This document shows positions 24,860-33,434 of a DNA stretch of 40,100 nt, piece by piece. The translations under genes and the position numbers were made by a program. Within the stretch, counting starts at the first letter, position 1, and every line of letters starts with the position of its first letter. This DNA is from a virus (lineage: Duplodnaviria > Caudoviricetes), in IMG/VR virus record IMGVR_UViG_3300027764_000011, positions 1-40,100 of that record; one strand, 5' to 3'. Below the pieces are notes generated by a model. That model was given only the letters and a program-made list of their open reading frames with translations. It was not told where the DNA came from and did no database searches.

Positions 24860-27141
24860 TGTCTGTAAATTCAACAGTAATTAGAAATCGCGGAACCACT
24901 CCGGTTGCCATCGAAATCACTAGTGTGACTGGTGATGGGTTTTCCGTAACGTCACCTTTGACGTTTACTGTTCCGGCCAAGGTGGGTTTAGTTGCGGGTT
25001 CAGCAACTATCACTGCGGAATATAACGCACCATCGGAAGCCACTGGAGGCGCAAAGAAAGGTTCGCTTACATTTACAAGCACCGCAATGCCGGCAGTTCC
25101 TGGGGATACAACGCCTACTACTAGAACAGTTGAGTTACGTTGTACCGTTATTGATAGTATAAGCGTATCCGCAACATCTCTAATATTTGACTCAACCGTA
25201 ATCGGACAAGTTTCAGCAACAACTAGAACAGTGACGATCACTAATAGTGGGTTGACGCCCATGACGATCACTCCATACATATCTGCTAATTTTACCTTGG
25301 TAAGTTCAGCAGCACTTACGATAGCTGGGGGTGGAACAGCATCTGTTGTTATGCGGTTCGCTCCATCCTTAATTGGATCAACTGGTAACTTGACAGGAAC
25401 GTTGACACTAACTAAATCTACTGGATCGTCACTGAGTGTGGCTTTGAGTGGGTTGGCGAAGGCTCTTCCAACAATTACATACCTGACTGCCTCTGGATCA
25501 AAGGTTTACGACGCATTAGGTAATAAAGTAATATTGAGATCAATACATTGGTGGGGATTTGATCAGGCATTTTCTCCTGGACTATTATTTGCTAGACCAT
25601 ATAAAAGCGTAACGATAGGCGGTACATTGAATGTTGGAATAATGGACGACATTAAAAATGCTGGATTCAATTCAATTCGTCTTGCATTTTGTGTAGACGT
25701 TACAGGCGTTATAACTGGAGTGGGAGGTATATCAACTTCTCCCAAACCAAACGTTAATCCAACGGGTTGGAATGCAGCTTACATCAATCCAGAAAAAAAT
25801 CCAGATTTATTTTATCCAGGGACTTCTGGTATAGTTGGATCAATCCCAACCACCGCACCATATATTCAAAATGGTGTTATGACTTCATTAGAGATTCTTG
25901 ATAAAGTTATTGACTACGCTGAATATCTTGAGTTACGTGTAATCTTAGACATGCACTGCCTTGCCCCGAATAATAGTAATCATAACGGAACTCAGGGAAA
26001 ATGGTACACCACACCAACTCCATCGGCGGCGGGTTCTACGGTAGTTGATTCGACTGGAGGAACTGCTCCTCTGGCTCCTCAACGTAGCGAAACGCAGGTA
26101 ATTGCATCTTGGGTTTTCTTGGCTAACAGGTATAGAAATCGTCCAACGGTTTGCGCATTTGATATCATCAATGAGCCTTGGAATACAACATGGGATCGCA
26201 ATTCAAATCTAAACGTTTATAATACAAGTTTGGTTTCTTATTATGAAAGAGTTGAGGCTGCTATTCGTAACCCAGCACTAGGTAATAATCCAGACGTAAT
26301 GTTAGTTCTTGAAGGTGTTGGTAGTCAGGGTGCCGATGCTGCTGCCGTGGGTGGTACTGGATCTGGTTGGAACCCAACGAATATTGATAACGGTAACGTT
26401 GACCACACGCCTCTAGGTACTGGATTAACAACCACTCAACAATCTGAATTAGACGTTCAATCCGCAAGAGGTCTTTATTATTGGGGATCCGGATGGTCTT
26501 CAAACATGGCCATGTTAGCCACAGTTAATAATATACCAACTAATTCTCAGGCAAGAGCCACAGATAAGTTGTTGCCGGCAATGACTGTCGCAAACAAAAT
26601 AATATACTCACCCCATGATTATGCGACAGACGGTGCTGGTGGGTTGAAGCAGTGGTTTCACCCAGGCGAAGTTATTGACGCTGACGCTGGTGCTGGATTT
26701 TATGCTTCACATAATGGAGTACCGTATCCAGATAACATGGCGGAAGTTTGGCGCAGACAATGGGGTTACTTGGCTGAGCAAGACATCGCTCCATTATGGG
26801 TTGGCGAATTCGGGGCTAGATTTATAACTACCGAAACTACTCAATATGCAAGAGATGTGGCTTGGTTGAACGCTCTTGGTGCTTATTGTAAGGCTTACGA
26901 TATTGGTTGGTCATATTTCGCATATAATCCATTATCTGAGGCTCCTGGTTCTGGCGCTGTGGGTGGACTTGCTGGATCAGATTATATGGTTCAACAACGT
27001 AAACTTACCTTGTTAACTAATGCTGGATTCTTTGATGCACTTACAGTTAACGATGCGAAATATCGAGTCATAGAAACCGGAAGTGGATCAGCGTCATATA
27101 GAGTTACTGAAGATTCAAATCCCCGCATAACAGAAACTTAA
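24859..27141 (+). CDS. Ig-like (ASH/choice-of-anchor-D-like) x2 plus GH5 endoglucanase/cellulase
   Basis: GFNSIRL, VILDMH, FDIINEP (acid/base), YSPHDY, LWVGEFG (nucleophile), WSYFAYNP; two N.G..P..I...F....L.....F.P Ig repeats. Confidence 0.88.
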   Translation: MSVNSTVIRNRGTTPVAIEITSVTGDGFSVTSPLTFTVPAKVGLVAGSATITAEYNAPSEATGGAKKGSLTFTSTAMPAVPGDTTPTTRTVELRCTVIDSISVSATSLIFDSTVIGQVSATTRTVTITNSGLTPMTITPYISANFTLVSSAALTIAGGGTASVVMRFAPSLIGSTGNLTGTLTLTKSTGSSLSVALSGLAKALPTITYLTASGSKVYDALGNKVILRSIHWWGFDQAFSPGLLFARPYKSVTIGGTLNVGIMDDIKNAGFNSIRLAFCVDVTGVITGVGGISTSPKPNVNPTGWNAAYINPEKNPDLFYPGTSGIVGSIPTTAPYIQNGVMTSLEILDKVIDYAEYLELRVILDMHCLAPNNSNHNGTQGKWYTTPTPSAAGSTVVDSTGGTAPLAPQRSETQVIASWVFLANRYRNRPTVCAFDIINEPWNTTWDRNSNLNVYNTSLVSYYERVEAAIRNPALGNNPDVMLVLEGVGSQGADAAAVGGTGSGWNPTNIDNGNVDHTPLGTGLTTTQQSELDVQSARGLYYWGSGWSSNMAMLATVNNIPTNSQARATDKLLPAMTVANKIIYSPHDYATDGAGGLKQWFHPGEVIDADAGAGFYASHNGVPYPDNMAEVWRRQWGYLAEQDIAPLWVGEFGARFITTETTQYARDVAWLNALGAYCKAYDIGWSYFAYNPLSEAPGSGAVGGLAGSDYMVQQRKLTLLTNAGFFDALTVNDAKYRVIETGSGSASYRVTEDSNPRITET

Positions 27142-27147
27142 TAAATA
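27140..27147 (+). promoter_or_regulatory. probable late promoter
   Basis: AATAAATA in the gap before 27170. Confidence 0.55.
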
Positions 27148-27169
27148 ACAGTATCAAATAGGATTTAAA

Positions 27170-28036
27170 ATGACAGTCAAGATATCTGCTCTCCCCGCAG
27201 CTTCTGCTCCAAATGATTCTACAAACTCTCTGATGCTTGAAGTATCTCAGGGCGTTGCCGGAGGCTCATCATGGACTTCAAAGTTTTTAACTGGCGCACA
27301 GTTAAAGACATACGTGGGTGCTGGTACACAAGGACCTGCCGGAACATCAGCAACCCTTAACGTAGGATCAATCACAACGACTACTGGCGCAGCTGGTTCT
27401 GCCGCAGCTGTTACTGTGAGTAACGTTGGATCTTCTTCCGCTGCAACCTTCGCGTTTACTTTTGCAATTCCAACCGGACCAACTGGAGCGTCGCCTTCCT
27501 TTTCAATAGGAACAGTTTCTGCGGGAACCGCAGCTGTGACGTTGACTGGAACTTCGTTGGCTCCAGTATTGAATTTCGTAGTCCCACCAGGAACTAGCCT
27601 AGTATCTAGAGGTGCATGGGTTTCGGGGAATACATACGTCGCAGGTAATTACGTCTTTGATACCGGATCGGCTTCCGTATCGTCAATGTGGATTTATTCC
27701 GGAACAGCTTCTTATACTTCAACAACAGTACCTCGCTTAGATTTATCTAAATGGACAGAACTTGTTGGAGCGTCAACTGCGTTACCAAGTCAAACTAGCA
27801 ATACCGGAAAATTCTTAATAACTGACGGTACATCTGCTTCTTGGTCGACGATAGATTTATCAGCAAGTAGCGTTAGTTTATCCGGAGCTTTGAGTTATGA
27901 TCATGGCGGCACTGGTATGAGTGTGGCTGGTACGGTTGGTAATGTATTAACATCAAATGGTACGAGTTGGTTATCATCAACTCCAAGTATGAATAAAATT
28001 CGTGCCGTATCTTATTCAATGATCTTCGGAGGCTAA
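27170..28036 (+). CDS. tail fibre-like protein
   Basis: N-terminal VKISALP, short G-X-Y triplets, RGAW.SG..Y module, LPSQT.N.GKFL.TDG...SW and G.VLTSNG..W fibre motifs. Confidence 0.7.
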   Translation: MTVKISALPAASAPNDSTNSLMLEVSQGVAGGSSWTSKFLTGAQLKTYVGAGTQGPAGTSATLNVGSITTTTGAAGSAAAVTVSNVGSSSAATFAFTFAIPTGPTGASPSFSIGTVSAGTAAVTLTGTSLAPVLNFVVPPGTSLVSRGAWVSGNTYVAGNYVFDTGSASVSSMWIYSGTASYTSTTVPRLDLSKWTELVGASTALPSQTSNTGKFLITDGTSASWSTIDLSASSVSLSGALSYDHGGTGMSVAGTVGNVLTSNGTSWLSSTPSMNKIRAVSYSMIFGG

Positions 28037-28040
28037 TAAA

Positions 28041-28388
28041 ATGGCTGCACCAAATTTAGGCAGTTTAACCACAATCACGGGCGGAACATCGGTACAAACT
28101 ATAGGAACAGCGGCAACCGCAATTGTTGCCAACGTTTCTGCTTCTGGTACGGTATATAAAATTGAATCGTTGTATATTACAAATACAACCGGAGCTACTA
28201 TAAACGTCACTGTAACTTTTTCAAGAGCGGGTTCTCCATACTACATTGCGTATCAAATTGGAGTGCCTGCAAACGCAACTCTTGATGTAATTAACAAACC
28301 AGTCTATGTCAATGAAAATGATTCCCTACAATTATCTGGCGCAAGTCTTGGCTTGTCTGCTGTATGTTCATATGAATTGATGTCATAA
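28041..28388 (+). CDS. small fibre-associated virion protein
   Basis: MAAPN...VP.NATL....K...E.D.L....CSYE family pattern. Confidence 0.65.
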   Translation: MAAPNLGSLTTITGGTSVQTIGTAATAIVANVSASGTVYKIESLYITNTTGATINVTVTFSRAGSPYYIAYQIGVPANATLDVINKPVYVNENDSLQLSGASLGLSAVCSYELMS

Positions 28389-28389
28389 A

Positions 28390-29331
28390 ATGAAAAGACA
28401 TAATGGCGGTATGATCGGTCCTACGATTACCACGACACAATCTGGTATTTTTGGACTATCACAATTACAAGAAGCAAAAACAACTCCAGCGTCATCTGGC
28501 GGAACCGCTTCGTATTCAGCCAATTATGTTTTAGTTGGTGGTGGGGGCGGTGGAGCAGGTGCGACTAATAACCCAGGATCCGGTGGCGGTGGCGGTGGTT
28601 ACAAAGAAGGGGCTATAACTTTATACGTTGGAGTAACATACGCAATTTCTGTTGGTGCTGGTGGAGTTGGTGGTCTGGGTGCTTCCGTGAACGGATCGCC
28701 AGGAATTGAATCAACAATCACTGGTGGTAACGGATTCGCATTAGTGTCTCTTGGCGGTGGATCAGGAACTATTTCCCAAAGTGATCCACCAAACTCAGCA
28801 ATCTCCGGAGGTTCTGGAGGTGGTGGTAATGGAGCAGGAACTAATTTCGGTGCTTCTTTATTGGGTCAGGGTAACGTTGGTGGATACGGTTCATATTCTT
28901 CCGGCGGTGCTGGTGGCGGTGGCAAGGGCGGTATTGGCGCGTCTGCTGCTGCTGGTGGTGCGGGTGGACTTGGATTTCAACCAACAGACACAATCATTAG
29001 AGCCGCACTTGGTGGTTCGTTATTCTATGCTGGTGGGGGCGGTGGAGGTACTTACGGAGCAGCTGCTCTTGGTGGAAGTGCTTCCGGCGGTAATGGTGGC
29101 GCTGGAGCGGATGGATCGAACGGAGTCCGCGGAGGTGGTGGCGGCGGTTCAGGCGCAGCTGGTGGAGTGGCTAGATCCGGCGGTTCTGGTGGAACCGGAA
29201 TTGCTGTTCTTAGCATGCTGACGACAAACTATAAAGGCGACGTAAACGTAACGGGTACATTCACTAAAGTTATCTCTGGATTATACACAACGATTTATTG
29301 GGCAACTGGAACTGGATCTTACCTAGCATAA
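28390..29331 (+). CDS. glycine-rich virion protein
   Basis: YVLVGGGGGG...Y.ISVGAGG...GGSG(T)GI.V glycine-rich domain pattern. Confidence 0.75.
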   Translation: MKRHNGGMIGPTITTTQSGIFGLSQLQEAKTTPASSGGTASYSANYVLVGGGGGGAGATNNPGSGGGGGGYKEGAITLYVGVTYAISVGAGGVGGLGASVNGSPGIESTITGGNGFALVSLGGGSGTISQSDPPNSAISGGSGGGGNGAGTNFGASLLGQGNVGGYGSYSSGGAGGGGKGGIGASAAAGGAGGLGFQPTDTIIRAALGGSLFYAGGGGGGTYGAAALGGSASGGNGGAGADGSNGVRGGGGGGSGAAGGVARSGGSGGTGIAVLSMLTTNYKGDVNVTGTFTKVISGLYTTIYWATGTGSYLA

Positions 29332-31202
29332 TGGCTATCTATAATACTTGGCTCCCTGGCGGAAAATATTACCTCTATCCTTCAACAGACGGAGGTAAGA
29401 CAAGCTCATCTGTTAGAACATCGACTGCGGAAATAACCTCAAGCGGATTTACAAACGTTGTACAGACGTTAGTGATTGACGATGGTAACTCCGGTTGGGG
29501 TACGACGTTTGACATGACGTTCCCTGCGTTCACTATGAATCAGCCTCCACGAATAGCCTATACATCAACGGCAAATTTAAGTTTGTTGTTACGAGATTCC
29601 GATGGGTGGACTTGGAAAGCACCCATGAGAGCTCAGAACGTCATTGCTGGAGCAAACGTCACAAGCTATGAACGTGGCTGGGCGTGGAATAGGTTTCTTA
29701 TATCTGGAGCACCTTCCGGTAATAGAGCAGCCTATGTAAATATTACAAATGGCGGAAGAGGTTATACTGAACCTCCCTCAGTCACATTTTCTAAACCACC
29801 GGAAAGCGGAACTGCGGTTCAGGCTCAGGGTTACGCTGTGTTGACTGATGACGTGGTTACTTCAATCGTCATCACCACAAGGGGTTGTAACTACGCAACC
29901 GCACCAACTGTTTCTATTGGTCCTCCTGCGTCAAATTCTTTAGTTAAAGAACAAGCCACAGCTGATGCTTATATTGAGTATATAGATCCTCTCGATTATC
30001 CAACAGAACCAGCCACTGGAGCAATCAATTTATTCCAATTACAGTTGGCGGATGGAGTGACTGGTCCGGCAAATATTGTTTTGTATTACATCACAGGAAG
30101 GCGTCCAACCGTTTTATCAACGGGAAATATTAAGACGTTCAAGTTGACTACTACAGACCCAAGAGCATTTAAACTTAATGTTGGTGACTTCATATTAAAT
30201 GGCGGAGAACGTCAGCCTATCAATTACCTTGGATCATTGCCGTTCGGATACATGGTTGGCGGACCATCGAGATATCGCCAAAGTTCAGCGCCATATCGCG
30301 GACCATACATCGCGGGTTATCAAGATGGTACACCATGGGCTGAAATTAAAGATTTGAATGCTCAGGAAAACCTTTCCGGCATGATGGATTTCATGCTTGA
30401 TGCTCAGGCGCAATTTGTGAGTAAGCGTAATGCAGCAAGAGTAAGAATTCCTGGGTTGGTTCTTGATGATATCATAGGACCATTCATGCACTGCTACTTA
30501 CCCGCAACGTGGGATAGTTTACAGACAGGAACAATTGATACTTGGATCTTCGAGGCTCCGGATGGAAACCCAGCATGGACTGGTTGGCAGTGGAGAGCCT
30601 ATGATTCAATGTGTAAGACTTGGTATAGTTTAGTGACAAATTCCGTAGATTCAACCAGCGCAGCATATACGCTTTATTTGTCGAATCTAGATAAAGCCGA
30701 AACAATATCAACTAGATTTACTTACTGGTTATATGATTGGTTTCTGGCAAGACCGGATGTGAATTATGTACCATCCGGTTCACTAGAGAAACCCTCTGAA
30801 TGGGCACCTCAGGGTTGGTCGCTCGGAGATAAATTCCCAACCGATTTATACCTTGATCCATTATCTGGGGCTACGAATGCCCATGATCTGGCTCTTGCTT
30901 TAAAGGGTGCTATCTTCTCGTCGCTGTCTGGTGCGGACTCAATAAAATGTAAATACATTATGTTACGTTGTATGAGAGCCTTACGTCTTATTCAGGTTGT
31001 TGATACAAGCGATCCAATGTACGGCGCATTTTCTTTAAGCCCCAAAACGTTTCAAGCCTATGGGTTTGAACAGGGCGAAATTCAAGATGCCCTAGCATTA
31101 GCGTTACAGCATAAAGATTTATTTTCAGGCATGGATCTTGGTGATATTGGAAACTTAGTTGGAACGGATTTCCCCATTCCAAAACCACCTCACTTATGTT
31201 GA
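29331..31202 (+). CDS. putative C-terminal half of the GH8-like tail protein, with an inserted baseplate-type repeat
   Basis: LRDSDGWTW, YRGPYIAGYQ, FMLDAQ, GPFM, W.GWQWRAY, GFEQGEI helical motifs; TAATG start at 29331. The family link rests on recalled motifs. Confidence 0.55.
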   Translation: MAIYNTWLPGGKYYLYPSTDGGKTSSSVRTSTAEITSSGFTNVVQTLVIDDGNSGWGTTFDMTFPAFTMNQPPRIAYTSTANLSLLLRDSDGWTWKAPMRAQNVIAGANVTSYERGWAWNRFLISGAPSGNRAAYVNITNGGRGYTEPPSVTFSKPPESGTAVQAQGYAVLTDDVVTSIVITTRGCNYATAPTVSIGPPASNSLVKEQATADAYIEYIDPLDYPTEPATGAINLFQLQLADGVTGPANIVLYYITGRRPTVLSTGNIKTFKLTTTDPRAFKLNVGDFILNGGERQPINYLGSLPFGYMVGGPSRYRQSSAPYRGPYIAGYQDGTPWAEIKDLNAQENLSGMMDFMLDAQAQFVSKRNAARVRIPGLVLDDIIGPFMHCYLPATWDSLQTGTIDTWIFEAPDGNPAWTGWQWRAYDSMCKTWYSLVTNSVDSTSAAYTLYLSNLDKAETISTRFTYWLYDWFLARPDVNYVPSGSLEKPSEWAPQGWSLGDKFPTDLYLDPLSGATNAHDLALALKGAIFSSLSGADSIKCKYIMLRCMRALRLIQVVDTSDPMYGAFSLSPKTFQAYGFEQGEIQDALALALQHKDLFSGMDLGDIGNLVGTDFPIPKPPHLC

Positions 31203-31203
31203 G

Positions 31204-31211
31204 TATAAATA
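31204..31211 (+). promoter_or_regulatory. T4-type late promoter
   Basis: TATAAATA just before gp25. Confidence 0.85.
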
Positions 31212-31215
31212 ATAA

Positions 31216-31608
31216 ATGACAAGAAACACTATAACTTTCTCGGACATAGATCTCAACTTTTCAGCACATCCGGTGACGGGTGATATAACTAAAAGGTTAG
31301 ACGATTCTGCCATCAACGCCTCGATTCGTAACTTGGTTATGACGTCGAATTATGAGCGACCATTCCATTCTGAATTGGGATCTCAGGTCAGGAATTTATT
31401 ATTTGAACCCGCATCACCAATCTCAAAGTTAATGCTTGAGAAATCAATTTCTCAGGTAATTCAAAACTTTGAGCCAAGAGTTGTACTACTCAGCGTGTAT
31501 GCTAGATTTTCTCCTGAGAACAATTCTGTTTATGTAACAGTTGAATATAAAATTATAAATACTAATGCGATCCAAACTGTAAACTTAACTCTAAAGAGAA
31601 CTCGCTAA
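31216..31608 (+). CDS. gp25: baseplate wedge subunit gp25
   Basis: FSDIDL.F..HPV..D, SIRNL..T...ERPF...G....LLFE, FEPRV. Confidence 0.94.
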   Translation: MTRNTITFSDIDLNFSAHPVTGDITKRLDDSAINASIRNLVMTSNYERPFHSELGSQVRNLLFEPASPISKLMLEKSISQVIQNFEPRVVLLSVYARFSPENNSVYVTVEYKIINTNAIQTVNLTLKRTR

Positions 31609-33434
31609 TGGCACTCGAAAGCAACCGTATTAGAGTTGGTGAACTCGATTACGATCAAATCAAATTAAACCTAAAGAACTTTCTTCAGGGTCAGAGTCAA
31701 TTCAACAGTTACGATTTTGAGGGTTCTGGGTTATCGGTTCTCCTTGATATCCTTGCATACAATACTCACTACAACGCTCTGTATACAAACTTAGCTGTCA
31801 ATGAGATGTTTCTTGATTCAGCCGTGAAGCGTAACAGCGTTGTGTCGCTGGCTAAGATGCTAGGCTATACCGGATATTCTTCCAAGGGTGCTATCGCCGT
31901 TGTTGATATTGTGATTAACAATCCAACTTCCTTTCCAACAACACTCACACTACCAAAGAGTTCAGCGTTCACTACTTCGGTCAACGGATTCACGTATACC
32001 TTTTATACAACAGAAGATATTAGTATATCAACGTCAAATAGCACCTACGCATTTCCAAGCGTGCTGTTGAAAGAAGGCGTTCCGTTAACATTCACATACA
32101 CTGCCGCAGATACAGTTAGGTACATCATTCCTAATGCCGGTGTCGATTTGAGTACGCTCTCGATCACCGTTCAAAATTCAGGAACTTCATTATTCACCAC
32201 CTTTGTTGAGGCGGGTAGCGTTGTAGATGTTGGTCCTTTGGATAATGTATACTTCGTTAAAGAAATTGATAACGGGTTGTATGAGATTACGTTTGGTGAT
32301 GACGTAATTGGTGCTGCCGTATCAAACGGAAATATCGTTCGTATTGATTATTTCACAACGAATGCTGACGCTGCAAACGGCGCAAATATTTTTAGATACA
32401 ACGGAACCAGTCTAATCGGCGGTACTGTGGCAACAACCACAATCACTAAGGCATTTGGAGGATCTGTTCCAGAGACCGTTGAAAGTATTAAGTACAACGC
32501 TCCAAAGGCTTATGCTGCGCAGAATCGTGCCGTGACTCCGGATGATTATAGAACAACGATATTAAATACATTCTCCGAGGCATCGTCAGTTGCCGTCTGG
32601 GGCGGTGAGGATAATAAGCCTCCTGTTTACGGAAAGGTTTACATTTGTATTAAGCCTAAAGATACTCTTGTGCTTACGGCGCAACAGAAAATGAGTATTC
32701 GGACTGCCTTGGTTAAGAAGTCAGTCGTGTCAATTATTCCAGAGTTAGTTGATCCAGAATATTTGGATCTTGAACTCAACGTCACTTTTTATTATAATGA
32801 AAGGTTGACAAAGAGAACTCCAGTTGAATTGCAGACTCTTGTACTCAATACGATTAAGGCTTATAACGTCACTGACTTACAAAAGTTTGATGGTGTGTTT
32901 AGGCAATCTAAATTGACAAGACTTATTGACATGTGCGAACCGTCAATTGTAAACAGCAACATTAACATCATTGTTCATAGACAAATCTTACCTAGATATG
33001 ACGTGAACGCTGAATACACCGTGAACCTTATCAATCCGATTTACTCGGCAAAGGTTCCGGAAGAAGCCGTTCAGAGTAGCGGGTTTTATGTTGCTGGATT
33101 AACCGATGTACATTACCTTCAAGATGATGGTCTGGGTAACATTATGTTATACTACATCGACGTGTTGACGGTTAAGCAAGTTGTTAACCCACAGATTGGA
33201 ACAGTTGATTACGCAACAGGTACAGTGTCAATCAAGAATTTGAATATTCAATCTCTTGAGGGTGATACATTTGAGCTGTTGTTTAAACTTCAGGGTAATG
33301 ATATTGTATCGGCGTTGACTCAGATCGTTCAGATTTCTGAGCCGCATCTTTCAGTCAATCCAATCTCAGACAAAACCGTGAATGGTAATTTGGGCGCAGG
33401 AAATTCATTCATATTCACTTCTAGCAGAAACTAA
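31608..33434 (+). CDS. gp6: baseplate wedge subunit gp6
   Basis: ELD.D.IK.NLK, YDFEGS.L..LLD.LAYNTHYNA, NEMFLDSA, QNRAVT..DY, WGGE...PP.YGKV. Confidence 0.95.
   Translation: MALESNRIRVGELDYDQIKLNLKNFLQGQSQFNSYDFEGSGLSVLLDILAYNTHYNALYTNLAVNEMFLDSAVKRNSVVSLAKMLGYTGYSSKGAIAVVDIVINNPTSFPTTLTLPKSSAFTTSVNGFTYTFYTTEDISISTSNSTYAFPSVLLKEGVPLTFTYTAADTVRYIIPNAGVDLSTLSITVQNSGTSLFTTFVEAGSVVDVGPLDNVYFVKEIDNGLYEITFGDDVIGAAVSNGNIVRIDYFTTNADAANGANIFRYNGTSLIGGTVATTTITKAFGGSVPETVESIKYNAPKAYAAQNRAVTPDDYRTTILNTFSEASSVAVWGGEDNKPPVYGKVYICIKPKDTLVLTAQQKMSIRTALVKKSVVSIIPELVDPEYLDLELNVTFYYNERLTKRTPVELQTLVLNTIKAYNVTDLQKFDGVFRQSKLTRLIDMCEPSIVNSNINIIVHRQILPRYDVNAEYTVNLINPIYSAKVPEEAVQSSGFYVAGLTDVHYLQDDGLGNIMLYYIDVLTVKQVVNPQIGTVDYATGTVSIKNLNIQSLEGDTFELLFKLQGNDIVSALTQIVQISEPHLSVNPISDKTVNGNLGAGNSFIFTSSRN

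Noticed and set aside
28751-29221. 156-aa Val-rich ORF
   Set aside because: Alternative-frame product of GGT/GGC-rich codons in the glycine-rich gene.
20441-31202. Intein- or intron-mediated joining of the split GH8-like halves
   Set aside because: No C/S...HN intein termini or homing endonuclease motifs recognised; the intervening DNA is fully occupied by ordinary genes.
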